The translations under genes and the position numbers were made by a program. The notes below the pieces were generated by a model. That model searched no databases and was not told where the DNA came from. It saw only the letters and a program-made list of their open reading frames with translations. A stretch of DNA of 64,000 nt, taken from the IMG/VR virus record IMGVR_UViG_3300008267_008434; one strand, written 5' to 3'. Source of the DNA: a virus. Lineage: Duplodnaviria > Heunggongvirae > Uroviricota > Caudoviricetes. Every line of letters starts with the position of its first letter. The first letter of the stretch is position 1. Below, in pieces: positions 1 to 10,500 of the stretch.

Positions 1-1
1 G

Positions 2-256
2 GAACCTTTATTAATTGTTTTTGACGATGAGGTAAGAGATTCACTATTGGTTAAAAATCCTGAAGATAGAAATTTCTATACAACAGAACAATGTAAATTG
101 ATTAATGGAAAACCATTCAGTCCTGAAGATCAAGATGATGTATATGAAAATCTATTAAAGATGGAACAAGGTGAGGTTGAATTTTGGAACCGTGTTGGTA
201 TCAACCCTGATTATATTTATGAGTTAGCAGATGAGGGATGGGAGGAGTTAATTTAA
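2..256 (+). CDS. 3' end of a gene entering from the left edge, probably a family-B DNA polymerase C-terminus
   Basis: Frame is open from base 2 (EPLLIVFDDEVRDSLLVKNPEDRNFYTTEQCKLING...EVEFWNRVG) to TAA at 256. It resembles PolB C-termini I recall from similar large phages; no catalytic motif is in the window. Confidence 0.4.
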   Translation, partial: EPLLIVFDDEVRDSLLVKNPEDRNFYTTEQCKLINGKPFSPEDQDDVYENLLKMEQGEVEFWNRVGINPDYIYELADEGWEELI

Positions 257-607
257 CTTCAACCCATCACTGCTGATAATGTACCAATTTCCCTCAACAA
301 AACTTAAATGAACACAAGCACCTTTTTCAAGTAAAAGTTCATCCCATTCTTCATCAATTAAACCAATATCAGGTTTAATTAAAACGGTAGTCAAAGATTT
401 TATGGTTACCGTTTTATTTTTTTCTGAACTTAAAGTAACTTCTGAACTTTCAATATCTTTAACAATAACTAAAATTTCTTCATCAACTTGATGTGTCTCT
501 GTTGTTACAATTTTGTCCTCAACAATTTTAGCTGGTGTAGGCGGAATGTGTGTTCTGTATCTAACCACATTTTTTCTCGGTGAAATATTTTCAATTTTAA
601 AACTCAT
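248..607 (-). CDS. hypothetical protein
   Basis: 119-aa ORF coupled to the neck gene by an ATGA overlap at 604-607; no recognised motif. Confidence 0.6.
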   Translation of the reverse strand: MSFKIENISPRKNVVRYRTHIPPTPAKIVEDKIVTTETHQVDEEILVIVKDIESSEVTLSSEKNKTVTIKSLTTVLIKPDIGLIDEEWDELLLEKGACVHLSFVEGNWYIISSDGLKLN

Positions 608-1734
608 ATAACATAAATTTGTCTAGGCATTGCCCTGAACTTTAAAGATTTGTTAAGATTCTCCGCAAGTAAAGCCTCTCGTTCTAAAACTTTATCAGGT
701 CTTAATCTTGTTAACTTACCTTCAGCCCCTGTTAATTCTTCTATTAGTTTAGTTTTTTCGTCTTTACCTTCAGTTGCTAATGACTGATAATCCATTGTAA
801 GTTCTGAATCCGGTGTTTTGATATTACCACTAAATTTACCTCTAACTTTTGATAGAGTTTCTTTACAACTTGCGATAAACCAATTTCTAACCCAAACTTG
901 TGCGGGATGATTTAAATCAACCCAAGAAAGTTTATCAATCGGAACATCAGATGGTAATTTAATAATATCAGGATTATCTTTTAAACATTTGTCTCTACCT
1001 CCTTCAGTAGTATCATAGTACCAATACCATACTTTTCCTTTAGTCATTGTTCCATTACCAAAATCAAACTTACCACCAGGAGTGTTCATTAAATGTATAG
1101 CTTTTTTACCACCTGGTAATGCGGTAATTCTATATGTTAAATCACCAGCAATAATTCTTCTTTGAATGTTTATTTCTTGCATTCTCAATAACATATCAAA
1201 AGCCGGCATCATAAAATATGAACCTGCCATATTACCACCCATTTGTGCGAGACCTCCACCTCCACCAAGACCTCCACCATATCCTAATGAACCAAATGAC
1301 CATGGATCAAACATTGTGTTGTTTAGTGTTGCAGGAGTAAACCATAGTAGTTCATTAATTTCTCTTCCTTCAGGTATTTCGTATATTTGTTGGTTTTTGA
1401 CTAATTGGATGTAATCCTTTTTAAGTTCCCACTCTCCACCCGCTTGTAACCCAACGATTTTAGAATATGCGTATGTGTATCTTGTTTCGTAATCTAAACT
1501 TTTTGTTACAAAGGCTCTTGATAACGATTGAGTTTCAAGATTCAAATTCCATAAACTTGTCCATTGAGATTCAATCAACCAATCATTAACTTTTTGAGAA
1601 TACTCATCTATTGAGAATTCAAGAAGGGTATCCATTTGTTCGTCCTCTAATTCAACACTCCTTAACGGTGCTCCGAGTATGTGTCTAATTTTAGTGTATA
1701 ATTCACTTCTTTGTGGTTCTGGTATAATTCCCAT
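604..1734 (-). CDS. neck / head-tail adaptor protein (T4 gp13-like)
   Basis: N-terminal 'IRHILGAPLRSVELEDEQMD' and C-terminal 'CKETLSKVRGKFSG...LTMDYQSLATEG' fit gp13-type neck proteins. Has a Gly-rich loop and the TATTTATA motif upstream. Confidence 0.7.
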   Translation of the reverse strand: MGIIPEPQRSELYTKIRHILGAPLRSVELEDEQMDTLLEFSIDEYSQKVNDWLIESQWTSLWNLNLETQSLSRAFVTKSLDYETRYTYAYSKIVGLQAGGEWELKKDYIQLVKNQQIYEIPEGREINELLWFTPATLNNTMFDPWSFGSLGYGGGLGGGGGLAQMGGNMAGSYFMMPAFDMLLRMQEINIQRRIIAGDLTYRITALPGGKKAIHLMNTPGGKFDFGNGTMTKGKVWYWYYDTTEGGRDKCLKDNPDIIKLPSDVPIDKLSWVDLNHPAQVWVRNWFIASCKETLSKVRGKFSGNIKTPDSELTMDYQSLATEGKDEKTKLIEELTGAEGKLTRLRPDKVLEREALLAENLNKSLKFRAMPRQIYVI

Positions 1735-1757
1735 AGTAATAGTTTTATTATAAATAT

Positions 1758-2849
1758 TTATTTCTTCATTCTTAATTCGTATAACTCATTGACGAATTCC
1801 CAATTAACACAATTCCAAAAGTTTTTAATGTACTGATCCCTCTTGTTTCTGTATCTCAAATAATAAGCATGTTCCCAAACATCAAGTCCAAGAAGTGGAT
1901 AACCACCACCCTCAACAACATTCATTAATGGATTGTCTTGATTTGGGGTTGACATAATTTTTAATCTACCTGTTTTAGTTAATACTAACCAAGCCCACCC
2001 TGAACCAAATCTATCTAATGCGGTTTTATTAAATTCTTCTTTAAATTTGTTAAATGAACCGTATTGTTTTTTTATTTTCTCAAAAACAATACCTTTAGGT
2101 GTTTGTTTTGTTGGGGATAACATTTTCCAAAATAATGCATGGTTGAAAGCTCCTCCAGCATTGTTTCTAACTTTAGTATCAAATTTACTAATGGATTTAA
2201 CAATGTCCTCAAGTTCCATATCACCTTTTCTACTTGATAAAGCGTCGTTTAATTTTTTTACATATCCTTTGTAGTGTTTGTTATAATGAATATCCATTGT
2301 CTCAGGATCTACAAATTTTTTAATTGCTGAATATGAATAAGGTAATTTCTCAATACCTATTTTTTTCATTTCAGTTAAAAACTGTTTTTGGATGTTTTCT
2401 TTTTCTTTAAGGACTATCTGTTCTGATATGATATCTAATTTATTGGATATTGATTTAAACCCCTCAAATATTGTTTTTTCATAATTTGGATAGTCTTTCT
2501 CAAACATTTTAACAATTTGACCCGCAAACGCATTTGCTTCATCTTCATTTTTCCCACCAATGTCCGGACCTTTATCTCTATCTAAAACTCCGTGTTGATA
2601 TTCGTGAACCCATTCGTGAGCAAGAGTTCTCATAATATCTCTATTTAATCTATTTTTTGCGAGTATCTTTAATATATGTTTGTTAGTCCTACTACCAGTA
2701 CTCATTTTACCATATCTTTCACCCGTAAAAACTATTTCTATATCATCAACCAACGGCAATTTTTTACTTAAGAATTTTATAAAATCCTCAAATAATTTGT
2801 AATCTTTTTTTGGGATATCCGATTTAAGATATTTTATTGAAACTTTCAT
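1758..2849 (-). CDS. sodA: Mn-type superoxide dismutase with an N-terminal HExxH (zincin-like) domain
   Basis: SOD motifs IHYNKHYKGY, NHALFW, FGSGWAWL and DVWEHAYY are all present. NAGG and NQD are MnSOD-type specificity residues. The N-terminal part carries AHEWVHEYQH. ATG at 2849 taken as start. Confidence 0.9.
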   Translation of the reverse strand: MKVSIKYLKSDIPKKDYKLFEDFIKFLSKKLPLVDDIEIVFTGERYGKMSTGSRTNKHILKILAKNRLNRDIMRTLAHEWVHEYQHGVLDRDKGPDIGGKNEDEANAFAGQIVKMFEKDYPNYEKTIFEGFKSISNKLDIISEQIVLKEKENIQKQFLTEMKKIGIEKLPYSYSAIKKFVDPETMDIHYNKHYKGYVKKLNDALSSRKGDMELEDIVKSISKFDTKVRNNAGGAFNHALFWKMLSPTKQTPKGIVFEKIKKQYGSFNKFKEEFNKTALDRFGSGWAWLVLTKTGRLKIMSTPNQDNPLMNVVEGGGYPLLGLDVWEHAYYLRYRNKRDQYIKNFWNCVNWEFVNELYELRMKK

Positions 2850-2877
2850 TAACAATAAATATCTTCAAATGAAAGTT

Positions 2878-4641
2878 TTATCTTCTCTTGTTAATTGAAT
2901 TGAGTATTTCCTCTACAACATCTCCACCATTTTCAAGTAAGTCATCACCCATCACGGTATTTATGATTTGTTTTTTTCTAGTAAGAATATCATATATTGC
3001 GCCCTCAATTGAGTTATCAAATAATGGGTAATAAACAAGAACATTATTTTTTTGTCCGTAACGATACGCTCTATCCTCAGCCTGTGCGTGTTCCGCAGGG
3101 ACAAATGATAAGTCATTCATTATTACCACTTCTGCCGATGTTAATGTTAAACCAACACCTGCCGCTTTAAGGTTACCTACAAATACTTTAATTTTTTCAT
3201 TATCTTGAAACTGATCTACGGCATATTGTCTTTGAGGTTTAGTACAACTACCATCCAAGTAAACAGACTGTTTCCCAAAATGATTATGTATCATTTGTAA
3301 TGTATCCGTAAAATTTGTGAATATGATAACCTTTTTACCTTGTTCAATTATGTTCTCAACAAATTCAATTGTGTGTTTGATTTTTTCGTTTGCAATAATT
3401 TTTCTAACTTTCATCAATTTACTAAACTGAATAGTCAAAGATGATGATTCGTCAGATTTGTTTTCATACCAATCATAATATTCTCCCATCATTTCTTCGT
3501 AGTCTTTAGAAACTAATCTTAGATATATTGGTGAAATAATTTTATCTGGTAAATCAAGGACATCTTCTTTCAATCGTCTTAACATCTGTTTTGAAGTCCT
3601 GTCTCTTAATTCCTCAAGATTTGATGCTCCTTGTACATTCCATACTTTTCTTTTCCCTGCCATGAATTGATATCCCTGACAGTATCGGATAGCATAAGCC
3701 ATCCAATTCTGTGCTACGGGACTTTCGATGATACTCAAAAGATTATAGTAATTCATGGGACGAGATGTCATTGGTGTTCCTGTCAACAACCACACTCGTT
3801 TAATATCTTTAACGAATGAATTAATAATTTTAGTTCGTTGAGCTTGTGGATTTGATATCATATGTGCCTCATCCAAAATAACCAAGTCAAAATTTGAATT
3901 ATGTATGATTGAATTGTCTTTATTTTTTGTATCGTAGAAATTTTTAAGAATGTCGTAATTAACAATCGTAAAGTCTTCTTCTGTAGAGAATTTTTTACCT
4001 TCACTAATATAAACACTACGATCAGTATAATTTTCAATCTCTCGTTGCCAATTTATTTTTAATGATGCGGGACATACAATTAAAATTCTTTTTGCACCTG
4101 TTTCTAAAGCGGCAATTATTGTGGAAGTTGTTTTACCAAGTCCCATATCATCCGCAAGAATAAATCTTTTAGAACCAACTAATTTCTCAATCGCTTCTTT
4201 TTGGTGGGTAAGTGGTGGTCTATGTTCGTATTTAGAATAATCAATATCAACTTTCTCTATTGTGTGGGTTTTAATTAATGCGGATTTAGGAACCCAAAAT
4301 TCAGTTAAATCATCCTTCTCAAAAAATTTACCCCAAATATGATATGACTTTTCTTTTTCCACTAAAAGTTTCTCAACATAAACAGTTTCAGGAACTTCTA
4401 ATAGATATTTTTCTTCAGCAAATTTCTTTGCGAAGTATGAATCCAAGTCAACCCATTTACGAGCAACTTTTGGTTTTACATCATGATAAGTATTTATATA
4501 ATCTGATTGTGATCTAGTAGGAAAGAATTTTTTACTCTTTTCTTTTTTAGTTTTTAAAGATAAAATATAGTTATTCGCACCTGAATATACCTCAAGTACT
4601 TCTAATGCTTTTTGCTCTATCGTTTTCGTTAGAATATCCAA
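2878..4641 (-). CDS. SNF2/SWI2-family helicase (HARP-like)
   Basis: LADDMGLGKT, LDEAH, LTGTP, GVGLTLT and QAEDRAYRYGQ motifs; TTG start. Confidence 0.9.
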   Translation of the reverse strand: MDILTKTIEQKALEVLEVYSGANNYILSLKTKKEKSKKFFPTRSQSDYINTYHDVKPKVARKWVDLDSYFAKKFAEEKYLLEVPETVYVEKLLVEKEKSYHIWGKFFEKDDLTEFWVPKSALIKTHTIEKVDIDYSKYEHRPPLTHQKEAIEKLVGSKRFILADDMGLGKTTSTIIAALETGAKRILIVCPASLKINWQREIENYTDRSVYISEGKKFSTEEDFTIVNYDILKNFYDTKNKDNSIIHNSNFDLVILDEAHMISNPQAQRTKIINSFVKDIKRVWLLTGTPMTSRPMNYYNLLSIIESPVAQNWMAYAIRYCQGYQFMAGKRKVWNVQGASNLEELRDRTSKQMLRRLKEDVLDLPDKIISPIYLRLVSKDYEEMMGEYYDWYENKSDESSSLTIQFSKLMKVRKIIANEKIKHTIEFVENIIEQGKKVIIFTNFTDTLQMIHNHFGKQSVYLDGSCTKPQRQYAVDQFQDNEKIKVFVGNLKAAGVGLTLTSAEVVIMNDLSFVPAEHAQAEDRAYRYGQKNNVLVYYPLFDNSIEGAIYDILTRKKQIINTVMGDDLLENGGDVVEEILNSINKRR

Positions 4642-4659
4642 ACTAATTAGTTTTTTATA

Positions 4660-4688
4660 ATAATAATCAATATTTAGATATTTATCAA
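4660..4688 (-). promoter_or_regulatory. sigma70-like promoter for the SNF2 gene
   Basis: Minus strand reads TTGATA-17 nt-TATTAT. The region is AT-rich, so a chance match is possible. Confidence 0.35.
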
Positions 4689-4701
4689 TAAAACTGTTTT
4701 T

Positions 4702-5214
4702 ATGTCAAATAAAGTACCTATTACAAGACTGGGTAAGTTTTTCGGAGAAAATGATTTTAACCTTGATATCTCAATGGGAGAAGAATGGTTAGTCGGGGAT
4801 ATGAACTTTACTTGTGTTCTTTATCGTATTGATAGATATAAAACAAAAACTGATGATGTTTATGGTGAGACTGTTGAGGACGGAATTAAATTCTTACCTC
4901 CTGTTGAGTTCAATGCGTTTGTACAAGTATCGGCACCTGAAAATAAAATGATGGGAACTACAAGAATTGATCAGATGGAACCTGGTAATATTAGAGTGTC
5001 TGTTTATCAAAAAACATTAGATGATTTGGAAATTGATATAAATTTTGGTGATTATATAGGTTACTATGAAAGTGAAACTTTGGTTAGATATTATACGGTT
5101 AATAACGATGGTCGTGTAGTTTCTGATAATAAACATACATACGGTGGGTATAAACCTTTTTATCGTACAATATCGGCATCTCCTGTTGGACCTAATGAAT
5201 TTAGAGGATTATGA
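4702..5214 (+). CDS. neck / head completion protein (T4 gp14-like)
   Basis: 170 aa with 'LYRIDRYKTKTDDVYGE' and 'GDYIGY' pattern; lies upstream of the terminator and sheath genes. Confidence 0.65.
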   Translation: MSNKVPITRLGKFFGENDFNLDISMGEEWLVGDMNFTCVLYRIDRYKTKTDDVYGETVEDGIKFLPPVEFNAFVQVSAPENKMMGTTRIDQMEPGNIRVSVYQKTLDDLEIDINFGDYIGYYESETLVRYYTVNNDGRVVSDNKHTYGGYKPFYRTISASPVGPNEFRGL

Positions 5215-6215
5215 GAAAAATGAAAATAATGTTGTCTGAGTCACAATATTTTAAAGTGATGAGGTTAGTGAATGAAGAAGAAGAAATTGATATCATTGAT
5301 GAACCAACAAAATATACTTATTTGAGTGTGAATCCTTGGCAGAAAGGAACTACCAAAAAATATTTTTTTAATAAGGTAAGATCAGTACCTGATAAATCAC
5401 CAATACCAGGAAAAATTAAATTGGTTGGTAACCGTGGGGAGTTTATTTTCAATAAAAGTGATTTAAGATTTAATGTTGAAAAAGAAACCATAAGTGTTGA
5501 TCAATGGTTATTAGATAAAGATTTTAATTTGGGGGAAGGCGCTAATGAACCTCAAAATATGGGAATTACTCCGAATAATATTAGAAAGGCATTGAGTTTG
5601 GCGTTTCCTAATAATTGGATGTCTGAGGATGATATATATAGTGCGGGTTTAAGAGGTGTTTACACTATTGGTGATAAAATTAATGATCAAACAGAAGATT
5701 GGTCTATTATGAATTATTTTGATACCAAGCCCGAAATTCATGATTTGATATTTTTAAGATATAAAGAACAAGACAGTAATGAAGATATTATTGATTGGAT
5801 GATAAATTTATTTAAAAATGATGATGCATTCACACAACTTTTAGTTGATAGACAATGGCAGTCAATTGAAAATGGGTTAAAATTAGAGAGGGATTCCGTT
5901 AAATACCTTTTAACCAAACTTAAAAGTGCTTCTATTACTTTTTATCCTCACGGTTCTAAAATGGATAGATGGTACGGTATTGATGTAACAATTAACGGGA
6001 TTAATTGTCAAGTTAAACCATTAACATCATATTTTGAAAAAGATGGAGTTTATACCGTTTATACTTACGGTATGAGAGATTATTCATCTAAAAAAATGGT
6101 AAATAAAATAATTTTTGCAAATAATAAAGAAATACTAATATTTGATAATAAAAATTATTCTGTTAACTCAAGATCAAAAGCAACTTTTAATGAACAACCA
6201 AAAATAGTAAAATAA
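5211..6215 (+). CDS. hypothetical protein, possible PD-(D/E)xK-type nuclease at the C-terminus
   Basis: 'MDRWYGIDVTINGINCQVKP' fits a D...D...QxK nuclease pattern; ATGA overlap with the upstream gene. Confidence 0.45.
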   Translation: MRKMKIMLSESQYFKVMRLVNEEEEIDIIDEPTKYTYLSVNPWQKGTTKKYFFNKVRSVPDKSPIPGKIKLVGNRGEFIFNKSDLRFNVEKETISVDQWLLDKDFNLGEGANEPQNMGITPNNIRKALSLAFPNNWMSEDDIYSAGLRGVYTIGDKINDQTEDWSIMNYFDTKPEIHDLIFLRYKEQDSNEDIIDWMINLFKNDDAFTQLLVDRQWQSIENGLKLERDSVKYLLTKLKSASITFYPHGSKMDRWYGIDVTINGINCQVKPLTSYFEKDGVYTVYTYGMRDYSSKKMVNKIIFANNKEILIFDNKNYSVNSRSKATFNEQPKIVK

Positions 6216-6216
6216 A

Positions 6217-7254
6217 ATGCCGATACCTAAAAAAATAAAAAAAACATTACCACTTACTCAATCTAAAACTTTATATCCAAGAAGAGAGGAACTTAAAGAA
6301 ATGATTGAAAGGGATGGTACTTACCTACCAAAGTCGTTACTCCATGCGGATTTGGATAGAGGTTTTTTAGATTTTGTACGAGATGAATTAAAATGTGTCG
6401 TTGAGGGTAAAACGGTACCAATGGTTGATATACTAATCTCAACTCAAAATTGGAGTCAGTTTGTTGAAACATGGGATTTCCAAAACATTGATAAAAATGC
6501 GGAACCCCCATTTATTACAGTAATTAGAACACCTGAAGTTAAATACGGATCAAATCCTGCATTAAGATGGAACATTCCAAATAGAAGACAATATTATTAT
6601 GCTCAAGTACCAACATGGGATGGACAACGACACGGAATGGACATTTATAAAATTCCACAACCAGTACCTGTTGATATAAAATATACGGTTGCGATCATTT
6701 GTAACAGAATGAGAGAACTAAATAAGTTTAATCAGATTATACTTGAGAAGTTTTCATCAAGACAAGCGTATCAAAATATTAAAGGACATTATATTCCAAT
6801 TGTTAATGATGATATTACTGATGAATCAGTTTTAGATCTTGAGAAAAGAAAAGTTTATATTCAGAAGTATTCATTCACTATGTTAGGATTTCTTATTGAT
6901 GAAGAGGAATTTGAAGTACAACCTGCGGTTACAAGGATATTCCAAATGTTTGAAGTGGACACTCAAACAAGAAAACGAAAACCAAGAAGAGAAGAACCGG
7001 CACCACCTTCATTATATACAACAACATATCCTGACGGAGTCACTGAAACGATACAAACTTTTGAGTACACTGCAAACCTATATTTAACCGATACTTATAA
7101 TGTTGATAATTTTAGTGTGTATATAAATGGTGATTATTATGGTGATACTTTGGAGGAATTTCAAATAAATACTAATGACATTTTAACCTTATTAGTGAAT
7201 AAAATTAATCCATTGGAAGAGAGTAGAATATCATATACTCAAACATTATTATAA
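6217..7254 (+). CDS. tail terminator / sheath stabiliser (T4 gp15-like) with C-terminal extension
   Basis: 'PQPVPVDIKYTVAIICNRMRELNKFNQ' is gp15-like; sits directly before the sheath gene. Confidence 0.65.
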   Translation: MPIPKKIKKTLPLTQSKTLYPRREELKEMIERDGTYLPKSLLHADLDRGFLDFVRDELKCVVEGKTVPMVDILISTQNWSQFVETWDFQNIDKNAEPPFITVIRTPEVKYGSNPALRWNIPNRRQYYYAQVPTWDGQRHGMDIYKIPQPVPVDIKYTVAIICNRMRELNKFNQIILEKFSSRQAYQNIKGHYIPIVNDDITDESVLDLEKRKVYIQKYSFTMLGFLIDEEEFEVQPAVTRIFQMFEVDTQTRKRKPRREEPAPPSLYTTTYPDGVTETIQTFEYTANLYLTDTYNVDNFSVYINGDYYGDTLEEFQINTNDILTLLVNKINPLEESRISYTQTLL

Positions 7255-7416
7255 CTACTCCCCGTATATATCCTTTTTTTCTTTACACTTTTCTGTAATT
7301 AGATTTTCTAAAAATCTATACATTTTAATTCCGCGCTTATCACAATACTTTTTTAGTATATCGTGAACCTCAACAGAAATCTTAAGATTCTTTATTTTTT
7401 TAGGTGTTTCTTTCAT
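7255..7416 (-). CDS. small ribbon-helix-helix-like DNA-binding protein (53 aa)
   Basis: 'KNLKISVEVHDILKKYCDKRGIKMYRFLENLI' has the beta-strand/helix/G/helix pattern of RHH proteins. TATTTATA lies on its own strand at 7452-7459. Confidence 0.55.
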   Translation of the reverse strand: MKETPKKIKNLKISVEVHDILKKYCDKRGIKMYRFLENLITEKCKEKKDIYGE

Positions 7417-7495
7417 AGGTAGAATAAAGGCAGAATAAAATCTCACCAAAGTATAAATACTTTATCAGAAGTAAAGTTTTTGCCTAATTCACCAA

Positions 7496-7503
7496 TATTT
7501 ATA
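7496..7503 (+). promoter_or_regulatory. putative late-promoter motif TATTTAT(A), representative copy
   Basis: Sense-strand copies at 1749(-), 2855(-), 4679, 7452(-), 7496, 11167, 12101, 13639, 15510, 27964, 32400, 33851, 38033, 38059, 40425, 49446, 55977, 60315, 61860 and 63490, each about 5-45 nt before a start codon. Confidence 0.75.
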
Positions 7504-7538
7504 TATAAAAAATAAATCTATAAACAAAAAAAAACAAA

Positions 7539-10500
7539 ATGGCAACTAACAGTAAAGTATTTGTATCACCAGGTGTCTATACTTCAGAAGTTGATTTGAG
7601 TTTCGTTGCTCAAAGTGTGGGTGTTACCACATTGGGTATTGCGGGAGAGACTTTAAAAGGACCTGCATTCGAACCGATATTCATTAGAAACTTCGATGAA
7701 TTCACGACATACTTCGGTGGTACTTCTCCTGAAAAATTTGTAAATACTCAAATTCCTAAATATGAAGCAGCATACATCGCAAAGGCGTATTTACAACAAT
7801 CAAATCAATTATTTGTAACAAGAATCCTTGGATTATCGGGTTATGATGCGGGACCATCTTGGTCAGTAGTTACAGTTGCAAATGTTGATCCAACGACTGT
7901 TGGGTTTGATTGTGCAAGTGGTGTAACCGTTGATTGTGTTTTTGAATGTACTTCAGCTAATACTATTGATTTTACGGTACCTTTTAGTGGATGTAACAGT
8001 ACTGACGGGACAGTTAACTTTTTAAGTGATTTTCCTACAGTAATACAAAGTATGTTAACAGAATCATACCAACAATTTGACGGAGGAACCTCATCAATAG
8101 ATGCTGATATTACAAGTACAATTTTTAGTATTATCTCTTTAGATGATCCAACTACAGGACAGACAGTAATTGATTATTTTGGTTCTATTGATCCTGATGA
8201 TTATTCAGGATTTACTAATCCTACTTTTTCTGCGGGAACTCAAAACAATAGATTTGATGTACCTTCAGTTGATTTAGCTCAAACTGATTTAACATCACCA
8301 TTAAATGATTCTTGGTATTACGCTTTATTTGATAATACAGGTAATGGTAATTACACAGGATTCTCATTTTACTCATATGTAACAGGAGTTACTGCAACTA
8401 CAACAACAAGTAATTGTGCATCATTCTACGACTATTCAATTAGTGGAACATCCGCAAGTATAAACTATAATACTAATGTTATTAGTGTTTGTTTACCATC
8501 AGGGTTTACAGGTAATTTATCGGCATTAACTCCGACATTCAGTGCGTGTACAACAGGGGTTAGTGTTAATAGTGTTACACAGGTAAGTAATTCCACAGTG
8601 GTAAACTTCTCAGCAGGTACTGTGGAATATGTGTTAACATCGGGAGATGGATCAGTTACAACAACTTGGACTGTAAATGTTTATGAATACGATCCTTGTT
8701 TAACTTGTCCTGGTTCTAACGGTGGATCACAAAATGTTGGTGAATTTACAACTTGTTATTCAGGTAATGTCGTTGGTAAAATTTATCTTTACACAGGTAA
8801 TTCATTCACTGATTACGATGATTTAGTCGTAACAACATTAAGATCAAGAGGTGTATCTAATTATACTGATGGAAATAACCCAACTTGGGAAGTGACAGGA
8901 ATTACTGACGTAACTCTTGATATGACAGGACCTTATTCAGGGGTTTCTAAAAATCCTTATTTACCATTTGTGGTTAATGTTACCAACTACCAAGGAGATT
9001 CATTCTCGTTTGAAACATCAATGAGTATATCAGACGCTAAATATGTAACTAAAGTATTTGGTACTAGTAATTTTGGTAAACCTAGAACAACAGTTCCATT
9101 AATGGTTGAGGAAAGATTCCAATCATTATTAAATTACGCATATAGAAAAGGTTATATTAGAGGATTAAATTCTGAGTTAATTTCACTTGATTCCGCTCAA
9201 AGTCAAAGTTCTACATCTATTGGGTGGTACTTAGATAGATATCAATCACCAAGTTCCCCTTGGGTTGTATCCGAAGTAAGAGGTAGTAAAGTTTATAACT
9301 TATTCAAATTCTATACAATTGCTGACGGTAATGATGCAAACACAAGTGTAAAACTTTCAATTACAGATATTTCATTCGCTAATCAAACATTTACAGTGTT
9401 AGTTAGAGATTATTTTGATACAGATTCTGCACCTACAGTTCTTGAGAAATTCACTAACTGTTCAATGGATCCAAGTCAAAATAGTTTTATTGCTAAAAAA
9501 ATTGGTACATTAGATGGTGAATACGAATTGAACTCTAAATATGTTATGGTTGAAATGAATGAGGATGCTCCTATTGATTCACTACCTTGTGGATTTGAAG
9601 GGTTTAACTTCAGAGAGTACTCAGGTGCTAGATCTCCATTCCCAATCTTTAAAACAAAATACGATTTCCCTGGTGAAGTAATTTATAACCCACCATTTGG
9701 TTTACCAACAGGAGGAGATAACGCAACTACAACAGGTGGTGATAATGTTAGAAGAACATATTTGGGTATGTCTAATTTCTGGGGTTACGATCCTGACTTC
9801 TTTGAGTATGTTGGTAAAAGAAATCCAATTTCTACTTGCGACATTGAGGGAGGACAGTGGTCTTACAGAACAAGAGGATTCCACATGGATAAAAACGCAA
9901 GTGGTATTACTATCGGAAGTGCGTTCTCAACAAGTGGAACACCAAGATTCTATGTAGGTGATGCACCGTTTGCTTCAGAACCTATAAATGAAACAAGTCC
10001 TTACTACAGATTGTTCTCAAGAAAATTCACTTTGTTTGTACAAGGAGGGTTTGATGGATGGGACATATATAGAGAAAGAAGAACAAATAGTGATAGATAT
10101 GTTTTAGGTAGAATCGGATTCTTAAATGGTTCTTGTCCTACAGATAGATATCCTGATGCTAAAGGATGGGGAGCGTTTAAACAAATTTCTATCGGTGACG
10201 GTACAAGAACTTGGGCAAATACTGACTACTACGCATATTTGTTGGGTATTAGAACATTCTCTAACCCTGAAGCGGTAAACATTAATGTATTCGTAACTCC
10301 TGGTATTGATTATGTAAATAATTCAGACTTGGTTGGTGATGCGGTTGAGATGATTGAGTTTGAGAGAGCTGATTCATTGTATATTACAACAACACCTGAC
10401 TACGATTTATTATTACCGACAACGACAGGAACTGATGGTTTAATCTATCCTACTGAAGCGGTTGATAATTTGGAGACTGCGGGAATTGACTCTAACTATA

